The notes beneath the pieces are model-generated. The model ran no database searches. It was not told the DNA's origin and worked only from the letters and a program-made list of their open reading frames with translations. This document shows, piece after piece, positions 1-17,223 of a stretch of DNA of 64,000 bases. Location of the stretch: positions 353,801,261-353,865,260 of the forward strand of contig NC_133620.1 of NCBI RefSeq assembly GCF_048593235.1. Reading direction: 5' to 3'. The translations under genes were made by a program, and so were the position numbers. The stretch is from Sminthopsis crassicaudata (Eukaryota). The first letter of the stretch is position 1; each line of letters opens with the position of its first letter.

Positions 1-169
1 ATCTTCCATAACATCTCCTTTCGGAAATTTTGGTTGTAATTCCCCCCTCGGGGGGGAGGTCGAGGTCATTTACTCTGCCCGGGCCTCAGTTTCCTCCTCT
101 GTAAATCACAAGAGTTGCTCTAGCTGGGCTCTAGAGGACCCAGACAGTGAGCGGAGGGGGCAGGGCAGA

Positions 170-644
170 GCTCAAGAAGTGCGCAGGAAAGACTCCCTCC
201 TCCCACTCCCCAAGTACCGACGGATCCGTCCTCGCCCCTCCTGCTACACTTACCGGCTTGCAGCCGCGGACCCTACGTCCTCTGTCACTCTCTGCCCGCG
301 GGGCCGGCGTTCCCATCATCGGCTACTGCGCAGGCGCCAACCCTCAAGCTCCGTTCTCCTAACTGCGCCTGCGTGGCTCCTGGCTCCTGCAGAAGTTAAT
401 TACGGTGCGCTCCAAATATACCATAGACAGGAAGGGGGAAGATTGGGGGGAGAAGGAGAAGTGGAAGGGAGAAAGGGGACTGACACATGCGCAGTAAGCG
501 GCCTCTCCTGGCCTTCCGAACTCTTCCCACTAATCCGCTGGGAGTACAGCACAGCTGGAGGGAGGCTAGTTCGGCGCATGCGCCCGGAGAACAGCTGGCC
601 GGTAGCCCCGCGGGCGGTGGCTCGGACCGGTCTGAAGCGCAGGG

Positions 645-650
<6 letters not shown>
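170..650. promoter_or_regulatory. CpG-island promoter of TUBG1, probably bidirectional, with clustered NRF1-type motifs
   Basis: CpG-rich. Perfect palindrome GCGCATGCGC at 574-583, plus TGCGCAGGCGC 327-337, GCGCCTGCG 365-373 and ACATGCGCA 485-493. Confidence 0.7.
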
Positions 651-6143
<5,493 letters not shown>

Positions 6144-6356
6144 TCTGCTAACTATTCCAAGGAGAGCAGTTCCCACATTTCAGAGGTTTTAACCTCTCTG
6201 CCATTGTAATCTAGTGTCCCTTTGATCCCTTCCAAAATCCTGAATTCCAGCATGGATACATCAGCTTTTTCCATTTACACCTATCCCCCTTAAGGATGAA
6301 TACAGGAAAAATCTAACAGTACCATTACGTAGTCTCTTTCTGTGTTGACCATCTCC

Positions 6357-6362
6357 AATAAA
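6357..6362 (+). terminator. TUBG1 polyadenylation signal
   Basis: AATAAA about 215 nt after the stop, followed by ATTAAA (6365-6370) and a GT-rich downstream stretch. Confidence 0.8.
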
Positions 6363-6559
6363 ACATTAAATGAGAACTGTGAGGTGTCCGTGGGCTTTGC
6401 CAAAGGGGACTTTGGATCCTGTTTTATCTGTCATGGAGAAGCTTTGGGTTTGTATTCAGGTCACCAAGTGAGGTTGGGCGTGTTCCTCACCTATTCTAAG
6501 CCTCAATTTCCCCATATATAACATAAATAGTTTTAAGTAAATCCAGAATTTTTTTTTTT

Positions 6560-6900
6560 TAAGATAGAAGGAAGCTCTATGGCCATCTAGTCCAGCCTTC
6601 CAAAGAAATCTCCACTAGAATATACCCAACAAATGTCCATCTAGCTTTGGCTGAAGACTTCTGAGAGGGAATTCTCTACCTTTTGGTATGGCTCATTGTA
6701 CTTTTGGGTAGCTAAAATTCTGTCGAATCTAATTTGTCTCTGCAGTTTCTACGCTCTGCTCCAACTTGTACTTTATCAGGCCAAACAGAACAAATTTAAT
6801 CCCTGTTTTACAAGATGGCCTTTCAAATGCCCAAACTTTCCCTAACCTTCCCTTCTGCAGGCCAGCATCCTCAGAATTCTTTCAATTGATCTTCAGGTGA
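6560..6900. mobile_element. Old CR1/L3-type LINE 3' remnant
   Basis: Motifs such as ggccatctagtccagcc and tctagctttggctgaagacttc resemble ancient L3 3' ends. Recognised by eye only. Confidence 0.4.
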
Positions 6901-7120
6901 AAAGTCCTCAAGATTCTCTCTATAAATTCTATTAGCAAATGATTCAGTGGGGACTAGGATGTGGAAAATGTGGGACTAAGGGAAAGTGGTTCAAGTAAGA
7001 GGCAACCAGGTGAGCCCACCTCTATTTGATCTTCAAATTCTAGCTAAGTAAACAGACTAGGGCATCTCTTTCCTTCTTAAAGACCTCCCCATCTTTGGCT
7101 CTTTGAGCTCTTTGAGAAAA

Positions 7121-7354
7121 GGGCAGGTAGACAGTACAGTAGGTGGGTAGAATGTCAGGCTTAAAGTCAAGAAGAATGGCCAAATCTAGTCTCAGACACT
7201 AACTGTATAACCCTAAGCAAGTCAGTCCCTGTTTGCCTCAGTTTCCTCCTCTGTCAAATGAGCTGGAAAAGGAAATTGCAAGCCACTCCAGTACCTTTGC
7301 CAAGAAAACCCAAAATGTGGTCACAAAGACTTGGATACAACTGAGCAACAACAA
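7121..7354 (+). mobile_element. MAR1-type SINE
   Basis: CORE plus RTE-like tail: ccactccagtacctttgccaagaaaacccaaaatgtggtcacaaagacttggatacaactgagcaacaac. Confidence 0.75.
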
Positions 7355-8212
7355 AGGGAAACAGGCTGGCCACACACTAAGCAGACTTCCTTTGTTGATG
7401 GGGCTACCCACTGTGTCCCCATTCGTGATTTTGACACCCCTTCCCAGTCTAGAGTGCTTCCCTTCAGCATATGGTGGTGTTAGTACTGCCCTGACCTTTC
7501 TAATAAGGAGAGATCAGAGGTGCTAGAGATGAACCAGCAGGGATGCTAGTCATGATCACAGGGTGTAGGCAGACACTGGACACCTGTGCAGGAATTTGAA
7601 AGTGTCAATGCTAGTGACTCAGCCTCCCTCCAGCCTCAGGGACGCCAAAATACCACCCCCACACCACAAGGAGAGGGGAAGGGGAAGTAATTAGCTTCTC
7701 CTAGTGCCCTACTGCTCCACCCACTACCCTTGGAGCAGCATCTTGGGCTGTCAGAGGTTAAAGTCAGAAGGTCAAGATGGGTGGTGTCCCATCGGTGTCC
7801 GGGGTTCCTGGCAAAAGCCCAGAATGTGGGGGTGGGAGGTGGGGCCCGATCCCAAGGGAGCAACTATGAGCCACAGCTTCAACTAAGGCAGTCATGGACT
7901 GCTGACATCACTCACATAGGAAGAGTTTGTGTAAATAAAGATTTTTTTTCTTTTCTTCTACAAATAAATTAAGAAACATACTAGAAAATTGTCCGTGCTT
8001 GTCAAAACCCTGGCCCCTGGGTGCAGGGGGAAGGAGATGACAAGGGGGCCCTGTCCCTGCAGGGCTAATGTGTGTGGTACGGTGAGTCAGTGGTTCTCAA
8101 AATCCCAGAGCAGTCCAAAAGCCAGGTATGGTGATAGATGTTCATGTGTGGGCAAGCCACGATTCCATCACTGTCCCAAGTCTCTCGGCTGCTGATGGCC
8201 AAAACAGCCAGA

Positions 8213-11200
8213 TTATACTTGGTGGTCATCGAGGCTTGGATTCTGGCTGACAGGGGAGGGTGTGCTCGGCAGGTCTGGTGGGGTGACAACACTGCGAGAT
8301 CTGTCAGGTGTAGAGCTGGCCAGGTAGGCGTTCACCAGGTGCACGATCTCTTCCACCTTGAGAAAACCAGAAAGAAAAGGACACTAGATACCGGGATAGA
8401 TCATTACACCCATCTTTCTGTACCGCCACCTCCAGGCTACCTTTATGGCCCTTCTATCCCTCCATTTCCAGGTTACCTGCGGGCTCTGTAGGAGCAGCTG
8501 ACTGTCCCCGACCTTTAATGCCAGAGTGTGTGGGCCAGTCAGCTGGCAGGCAGCCACGTGACCATAGCTGACATTGTGGATGGGCTCAGTCTCCCCTGGC
8601 CGAGACAGGGACATGGTCTTGGCACCCACACCAAGGCAGAGTTGCTGGGGAACACCACCCCCACTCTCCTGGTGGATAAAAGAAGGGCATAAAGTCAAGG
8701 AGGCAGGAACTCTCCCATGGGGAAGAGAGCAGGAAAGTGGTTTAGAAGGGGACAGAGAATCCTGATCCAAATGGAGAGGGCTCCTACAGGAGGGTGGGCA
8801 CCCAGGGCGGTTCTGGGACGGAGCAGGACTTCTTGCTGGTCCTCACCCCCTTTTGGGAAGGAAGGGCATCCCTGAAAGGAGGTACCGGGCACCCATGGGG
8901 CTCTGGTGGGAGAGCGGAGTGGAGAAAAAGGGACAAGAGCTCTGAGTGAACTCCTGCTCTTTCCGCTGCCCTCTTCTCACCGTGCTCAGTTCCAGGACGT
9001 CATATCGGGCAGCACCAAAACCTGGACACTGTGCAGCTAGAGCCAAGTAGGTCGCCATCGCCTCGGCCTGGCCCATGCCCCGCAGCTGCTTCCACCCTCC
9101 CAGGACGGCGGCGGCAGCCCCAGCGCTTCCCCCATCGCGGGCCGGGCCCGCGCCCCCACGCCTGGCCCGCTCTGCCCGCCTCTTGGCTAAGCCCGGACTC
9201 CAGAGCGCCCCGGCCAGCAGGGCGGTGGGATGAGGAGCTCTAGGGGCTGGGCGGGGCGGGGCCTCTCGCATCGGGGCCGAAGCGGGCAGCAGGCGGTCTA
9301 GGCGCGGAAGAGGAGCCAGAGGCGAGAAGTCGCGATGGAGACTTTGTAGGCGCAGGGCGGCCAAGGCCCTCAGCGTGTCCTCGGGCGGGGGCGGCCGGCC
9401 CCGCAACAGAAGAGCGTGGGCCTGTAGAGGTGACACCCGTGAGGGGGCGGTGAAGACAATTTGGGAGCGAGGGGCGAGCGGGGCTTCTGGAAGGCGGAGG
9501 GAGCCCAGTAAGCAAAGCGAAGCAGAGGAGACCCTAAGGCAGGATGGGCAGCCGGCTAAGGGGGGACTTTGGGGGAGGCTCACTGGCGCCTGGATCCGCG
9601 CGCGCTCACGCGAGCGGGGCCGACATTCAGCAACCCACACCTGCTCAAATAGGAAAGGTAGTTCGTGCCCGTCCGGAGGCAGCCCCTCAGGATGCAAAGG
9701 TCCGTGGAGACGCAGACACAGTCTCCAGCCCGAATCTGGAGATTCTGCCTCCTCTGCAGTCACACTGCGAAGCAGAGACAGGTAACCGAAGCTTAGACCG
9801 AGGCCACGGCCCTGGAGGGGGCCGAGGGGAGGGGTCTGAACTGGACGGGGGCGGGGCCGGTGTGGAATGGAAGGAGCTGGGGAAGGGAGTGGTCCAGGGG
9901 AAGGGAAGACTGTGACTGGGAGGAAGGGCGAGGGCTGGAAAAGGCAAAAGCTAGGACAAGTCCTGGACATTTACTTCTCAAACCTGGTGAGTACGTCAGC
10001 CACGAGGGCCCCTCCTGCCAGGGCCCGCTCCTGGGAGCCCCTCTGCTCGTAGAGCGCGAACGCGTTCCGGCTCCGAGACAGGCCTAGCCGCCCCACCAGT
10101 TCCCGCGCCACCTGGTGGGGGGTAAGGCAGGCGAAGAGGGGTGGGCGAATGTCTCACCCCACCCCAGGAAATCGTACGCCACTAAGTGGAAAATGCAACT
10201 CCCTCATTCTACAGAAAAATACATCGAGACCTCAGGAAAGTTAAGTGACTAGACCAGGGTCCCACAAGGCACTTAGAGGCAGAGCCGAGAAGGCTTTCTT
10301 CACTTCGGCTAATTGCCCCAAACTTAAAGAACAGAGGTCCTTCCTTCCCCGACTGTCAAAGGTAGTGGTGTCGTGAAAAGTCATAGATTTATACCTGGAT
10401 CTTAAAAGTCATTCATACATATCTCTTCCAGCCAGGTGAGGTGTGTGGGAGAGAGACGGAGACAGAGACAGACACACACAGAGACAGAGAGTCCACCTGT
10501 CCCATGGTGGGAGAGCCAAATTCTGAGAAATCCATTCAGCTGACCTGAGGGAAGGGGGCAGGCCTTTGAACCCCAGGTTTAGAATAACTCTTAGTCTCCC
10601 ATCTCTAAGATTCCTTCCAGTTGGGCACTTGAGTACATAACGCTTCCTGTTGGGTTTATAGTGTCCATAGCCATGGAACACCGTCCCAGTACTCACCTCC
10701 GAGGCAGTAGTGTGTGAGTCAATGGCCACACTACAGGCGCCTGCTCCTGGACAGTGCACAGTACACAGGAGCTCCTGACGCTGGCTGAGAGCAGAGATTT
10801 CTGCCAAAGATGGCACCAGCTCCCGGCCCCGAGTCCGTCCCAGGGCCTTCCTGATGAACCGTGTATATTCAGCCAGCTCCGTGTCAGGAAACGCTTTCTC
10901 TGTCCTGAGAAGGACATTCAGGTCAGAACACTAGCAGGTAGGTATCCCGTCCTGGCTCACAGGAACTGCTCTTTCTCCATTCTCTGCCCTCCAGTCTGCC
11001 ACCCTCATGGGTCTTCTCTCATCCTGGATGTTCCTGTTATCTCCACACTTCCTCTCGCCATTCTTCCATCTATTTTCCCCAACTTTCCTTCTCTGACACA
11101 ATCTCCACAATTCCCACACCTTAATATGACATTATCAGTACATGGGAGCTAAAGTCTTGTTCTAAGATTAGCTGAGTGCCCCGATCTTAAGGGTCTGTCT

Positions 11201-14200
11201 CTGTGAGATTCATCCTTCTCTGACTACCCTGCCCTCGGTCCTTTCTCACCTCTCCAGGTGCCCCAGCAGATGCCCCCGAACAGCCCCTCCAGGCCGGAAG
11301 GTGCAGCTCATGCAGCAGAGTAACTGCCAGTATCGAAGGGCAGCCGGGCTGTTAGGGGAGGGGGACTCTGGGGGCCCTGCAGGGCCCGAAGTCTGCTTGG
11401 CCAGCTGCAGGAAGAGTTCATCCCTGAGCGCAGGCAGGTCTCGACAGGTCTGGAGCACACCCTGCATTAGCGGCCCAGGACGCCGCGCCCCTTCTAGGGC
11501 CTGCAGGGCCAAGAACAGCCGTACAGCCTCCTCTCGAAGTGGCGCATAGCCCGGACCTGGTGGGGAAGTGATGGGAGTTGGGGATAGGGAGGTTGAAGAC
11601 ACGTCAGACTGGGCTTGGGGACCTATAGGAAGAGAAACAAGGGGTCTAAAGGAGTGCTGGATAAAATCTGGAACAAATTACACAGGATTGGGGGAGACTG
11701 GCAGCCTAAGAGAAATCAATTATTCCTGATGGAGTATAATAATAACTTAATATTTACAGAACTTTGTCCTAACATCTCTGTGACTTGGACATAGAAAGTG
11801 CAATAATTCTTTCATAGATGAGGAAGCTGGAGCTGAGAGTTTAAGTGCCTTGCCCATGCACATGGGTAAGAAATATTATCGTCAGAATTTGAACTTTAAG
11901 TCCAGAATTTTCCCTTATGCTTTGCAATTTCTTTTTTTTTTTTTCAGGTATGTCCATTTATTCCCATACTTGGTGCCCCAACTGTGGAAAGTTGTATTTT
12001 TTGGGGGGGAAGACCATATTCCCTTATCTCCCAGTCCTTGCATCTCTAGCCTACTCACCTGGAGGGCCAACCCCATAAGGCAGAGGTAGGAGTGGGGCAT
12101 AAAGGGCGCTGCTGGTGTGCCTCAGGATTGGATTCCGAAGATAAATCAGGGCCACAGCCTCAGAGTCTCCACTACTCTCCTGCAAGATTGGAGAAAGGAA
12201 TAGATCACTTGATGGATGCTGGATTGAGGGGGGAGGGTCACCCTGACCCTTCCTTAACCTCTCTATTTGGACTCTTTGACCCCACCATTATCAATCTGGT
12301 ATCACAACATACCCACCTCCTATCCAAATTCTCTGATACCTGAATATCCCGAAGTAGGAGCTGGGTGGGGGTCTCTAGGGGTGCCTTCCCTGCAATGACA
12401 CTGCGAAGTGCTGCACCCCAGCGGGCAGCCTCAGCTAGTCGAGAAGAGCAGAGCCGGACACTGTGTTTTCTGCCTGATACTGTCACTGACCAGAGACCTG
12501 AGGAAAGAGGGCAAAGAAGGATGCCCACTTTCTTATTTACCCTTCATCAAAGAGCAATAGGGGCAAGCAGCAGCACTGGGACATCCAAGGCTAAGATGGG
12601 AAGAGGAAGATGGAAACTATCTCAAGATTTTCTCACCAGTTTCCTTGGGCTTTCGTTCAGGACCAGACACAGAACACAAACTGGTTAATACTAGACTCCC
12701 CAGCCTCCGAGCCCCACGTCCATTTCCACTGAACTGGTCTAAGGAATCGCGTGTGAGCACGAACCAGGCCCTTCGGGGGGGCAGCCAGGGCCGGGCCCCC
12801 CCTAACCGAGGTTCCCTCTGCAGCCAACCTGGTAGGAAAGGAAGGAATAGGGGAAATCAGGAAAATGGGACTTCACTGGTGAGGGTATTGAGAGTTCAGA
12901 GTTGGGAGTGTTGAAGTGGGAATTCCAAGTGACAGAGGGGATCCCCCACCTTTGACGATTATGTCTGGCTCCTCTTCAGGGGGACCCCGCTCAGGTATAA
13001 GGCTTCTGGTCTCCTCTGAGCCCTGCAGCCTGGAGAAGGTGAGAGAAGTGACTGACTAGTAGTTCTGAAGAATTCCCAGAAAGAGGTCCCACCTAATCCA
13101 ATCAGATCCCATCCAGACTCTGTTCCTTTGGCAAAGAAAGGATCTGGAATTCCCGTAGTGGGCGGGGGAAGGGAGCAGAGAGCCATGTCTCAATCAGAGT
13201 CCCTCCCCTCCCAGGCTGTGGGAACCGCTAGGCAGTTCTGACCTCGATCCAGAAATAGCTCAGACCACCAGCCCCCCTCCCAAGTCCCCCGCCAGACCGC
13301 CTCTCTTACTATCCACCCCCCTCTCGGACCCCAGCCAAACCACAGCGTCCGGCTTGGAGCTGTTTCCTTATTGCCTAACCCGATGGGAGGGTGAGGGCTA
13401 AGAGGAATTGGGGTCTGTGGAATCAGGGACCTTGGAAAAAGAAAATGAGTTCAGTACGAATGAATGCACTTACCTGTCCGAGCCCGGCCCGCTTCTCCCG
13501 GGCTGCGTTAACGTCACCTCCAGAGAGCCCTGCAGCGATGGAAAAGAGATGCCGAGGAATCAGAGGCCTGGCTACACCGAATCCCTAGACTCTGCCTCAG
13601 AGGCTCCACAAGTTAAGGAGTTAATCAAGGAGGAGTACGTGGATATCGCTTCTCCCCGGGGAGTCCGGAAATGGAGATCCTCTGCTTCCCCCCTCCCTTC
13701 AGCCAGAATGTGCTACAGTCCTGGGGTCTGGAGTGGGACAATAAAAAGAACGTTTATCCCACTTTGTCCTTTACCCCGGTGAAATATATTCATTTACCCT
13801 TTACCAATCTTCCCTTCAAATAAGTCCGTACAAGTTGCTGCTGGTCGATTTCAGGGAAGGGAAGAAGACAAAACAAGGGGAAAGGGGCTCTCATATAACG
13901 CATAGAGCGTTCTTTATTTCATCACTTCCCACCCGTGGCCCAAGCCTGGGAAGGGTTTCGCTATTGGGGAAATCCCGGAGGAGAGCACGCATTGGGGTAG
14001 GGCACTAGCAGTCCCCTTTTCCTCCAGATGAGCCTGGGCTTTTAGGCTCACCGGCCCAGGACACTTCCCCCGGTTGTCCACCAGCTTCCTGGCGCTTCTG
14101 TCAAGACAGGGGCTCAAGAAAGAGTCCATCAACCCTGCCGGGAACCACGCCAAGCGGGAACCGTGCCATGGTGCCAGTGCGCCCCAGGCTGGGCAGCGGG

Positions 14201-15562
14201 AGAGAAAGGAGGGGGGGAAAGGAGTGGAAGGAGACCTGGGACACCTGTCCTCAGAGCTCCAGGGGGTGAGGGAAGAGAGACAGAGACAGACTGACAGAGA
14301 AAGATAGAGACCGAGAGAGCGACGGACAGAGACTGGGCGACCCTATCTCGCCTAGGGACTTCAGGTTCGATCCTCTCCGAGAATGCTTAGGTACCCTCTA
14401 CTAGGAGAACTCTTTCCTTCTAAGGTTCTTGTTGGGTTCTCAACCGCGATTTTTGGGGACCAAAGTGCAACCTTGCCCTCAGTTCATAATCTCTCCGTCT
14501 CTGTCTCTCCTCTCCCTCCCTCCTTCTCTCCGTCTCTCCCCTCTCCACCCCCTGTCACTCCCCGCCCCTCTATATTTATCCTCCCTCCGCCTCCGCCAGG
14601 TGCTGGCGCCGGCCCCGCGGTGCAACCCGCCCCACCCGGGCACTGAGCCACCGGGCCTGTCGGGGACCCCAGGGCGGGAGGGAAGAAAATGCTGAAGAGA
14701 ACGGGAAAGACCCCCATTGTAATAGGAAGATTCGATTTATGTCAGTGATACAGGAGGGAAGGTTCAGTCTATCCCCTCTTTGCCTCAGTTTCCCCACTGG
14801 GGGAGAATCAAGTGAGTCTTCCCTTATTCCCTGGAGGCTTTTTACTGGATCACCCGAGGGGAAGACAATCTCCGTAGTGCGCATATGAAAAGTGTCTAAG
14901 GGCCCATGACAGTAGGGACCCTAACCCACAACACAAAACTCAGTCTCAGGTTTCCTCCTACCCCGCCTAGTTCCCCCACGGGAGTTGCTCTGCCTCTGGC
15001 AGGCAGGGAGCGGAGCGGACTCAGGAGTCCGAGTCGCCCAGCCGGACTCTCCACATTCCTCTGTGCTGGCGGAGGCGGAAGGAGACGGGACGGGACACGA
15101 GCCAGGAGGAGAAGGGAGAGGCCGGGCCAGGCAGGACCACGCGTGACGCCTCCCCTGCCTCTGGGCCCCAGCAGGTGGACAGAGCCCCAGAATGCTGCGT
15201 GGGGCCGTCAAAAAGGTCCCGCCTGGGGTTGACCCTCTGCCCCAAGCAGGGAAACAGAGAGAAGCCCTAGGACTGGGAAAGATTCCCCCCCTCCCCCCGC
15301 CCACTTTGGCCTCTCAAAGGGACAGGGATGGCACAAGGGTCTGGAGAAGTAGAAAAAGACGCCGGCTGGAGAGAAAGAACGGCCGACCTCCCGAACTCAC
15401 CCTTCCGCAGCTCGCCGAACCCGGGGTCCGAAGCTCAAAGGTCTCCTCGTCTTCGTCCTCGTCCGCGTCACCACCAAGCTCTCCGTCCCCGTAGTCCCTC
15501 CGCAGCAGAGTGAAGCCCCGACGGCAGCAAAGGAGCCACCAGAGCCCCCCTGGGAGAGGCAT
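8213..15562 (-). CDS. PLEKHH3: Pleckstrin homology, MyTH4 and FERM domain protein H3; 13 coding exons, 773 aa
   Basis: Minus-strand exons 15562-15401, 13529-13474, 13029-12950, 12828-12637, 12497-12340, 12179-12059, 11556-11250, 10904-10697, 10111-9975, 9764-9641, 9421-8981, 8668-8477, 8356-8213 total 2322 nt. All GT-AG, phases consistent. Starts MPLPGGLWWLLCCRRGFTLLRRDYGDGEL. PH domain includes RRAWFVLTRDSL; MyTH4 includes RDELFLQLAKQT. Confidence 0.96.
8980..10150. promoter_or_regulatory. Intragenic CpG island over PLEKHH3 exons 9-11
   Basis: Dense CpG in both exons and introns. Confidence 0.65.
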
Positions 15563-16300
15563 CCGGGCAGCAGGGGGCTCGGGGCGCAGGCGGCCTCGTC
15601 TAGCCGCAGGAGGGGTTGATGGTTGGGGGTGGGGAGTCGCGGAAACAGTCAGGTCGCGGGACTTGAGCCAAGGAAAGAGGCAGCGTGCGGGGCCGGGAGA
15701 GGTGGAGATGCAGGCAGGGCAGGATCTGAGGTTGGGGTGCAGCAGGGCTCTATCCAGAACCAGAGGGAGATCCAATGTCTGGGGCTGGGGGGGAGGGGGG
15801 ACGACACGCTCCGGGACGGGGGGGGGGGGGGGAGAGGAGGTAGCAATGTCCGGGGCTGGGAAGTAGTGTCCGTTGTAGTGTCCGGCCCAGTGGGGGGCAG
15901 TGTCCGGTGCTGTGTCCAAAGTGGGCAGTAATCCAAGCTCCAGGGAGGGTCGTGTCCGGCGCAGCGTCCGGTGTCCGGGGCCCGGGCCGCGCGCGTTGCG
16001 CTCCCTGCAGCCCCGGGACTGGCGCGCGGGGGGCGCGAGCTCAGCGCCTGGGCTCCGCCCCCCCGCGCGATTCTTTTGCCCCCCTCCCCCTTTCCCTTCT
16101 TTTTTCTCTCCTCCCCTCTCTCTGAACAAGGCAAGGTCTGGATGTCGTCAGAGACTCTTTCGACCAATTCCGGTGCCTGGCGCCGGGAGCTTCAGCCAAT
16201 TGGGTGATGGAGGCAGCGGCGGGTTGCATCATGTGCCCCCTGGCTTAGTGACAGCCGGGAGGGGAGGGTTAAGGCGAAAGAGAGAGGGGGAGAGAAGGAG
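15000..16300 (-). promoter_or_regulatory. PLEKHH3 CpG-island promoter and 5' leader
   Basis: CpG-rich. CCAAT motifs at about 16164 and a palindromic CCAATTGG at 16196-16203, GC boxes, and a G15 run at 15818-15832. Confidence 0.65.
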
Positions 16301-17223
16301 CTAAGAGATGTTAACCACGCCCCAGTCTCTGAGGTCCAGAGCTGGTTGTTCCACGCCTGGACAACCCCGCCTCCACGCTCGCCTTTTAACCCTTTAACTT
16401 CTTTCTCAAAAAGCTTGAACTTGATGAGAGGGGAGCGAAAGGTGATGGAGGCAGGGGGTAAGATACTTTTTGGACATGACACATGCAGGAATTTGTTTAT
16501 GCAAAATTTTCAGTGTGCATATATCTTACAAAGGTGGTTTTTTTTTCAGTGAGGAAAAGGACATGGGAAAGAGAAAAGGTAGGTTTTTTTTTAATGGAAA
16601 AAATTAAAAAATAAAATGAAGTGAAAAAAGCCACCTGGAAGAGGGTTATTCTTGGAGCAGACAGATTCTCCAGTGTCACGGGAACAAGGCGCTTAGGGGG
16701 CAAAAGATAAGATAGCCTAAAGGAAGTTCAGAGTACTTTCCTCCGACCCCACTAGATCTGTGCCTTGGCCCCAGGGGCAGTGGTGAGGGAAAGCTTTCTC
16801 CGGACTCGGGCCGTTCAAAGGGAAAAGGGTATTTTCCTCGGTCCCCTGGAGAAGTTGCTCTCGCCTGTGCCCGCCTCCTTTCTAGACCGGAGAAAACTGA
16901 AATTTAAAAGCTGAAATTTAAGCTGCGAAGAGAAGAATCAGAATTTTGAACTTCCCTTGAAACTGCGGCTGAGAAGTTGACTCCTGCCTTGGGAGGGGGG
17001 TCGGAAATCAAAGTCCGGGAACTCAAGGCTGGAGTAAGGATGACTTCCTCCCCACTCCCCCACCCCCATTTCTAATTCCATCCCTGACAGTTTTTTATGT
17101 TCTTGCGGTCCAGGAGAGGAAAGGGTTAACCAAGTCGCTAGGTTGGGAGAAGGGGAAGGCAAGGATTCTGAGGGAGGGGCCCAGACAGAGACCGGGCGTG
17201 CACAGGCGAAGGGTCGGGAGCGC

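Noticed and set aside
15563-16129. 189 open codons in frame upstream of the PLEKHH3 ATG, suggesting a non-AUG N-terminal extension
   Set aside because: Other frames in the same island are also open for 100-170 codons, so high GC content explains it. There is no independent support.
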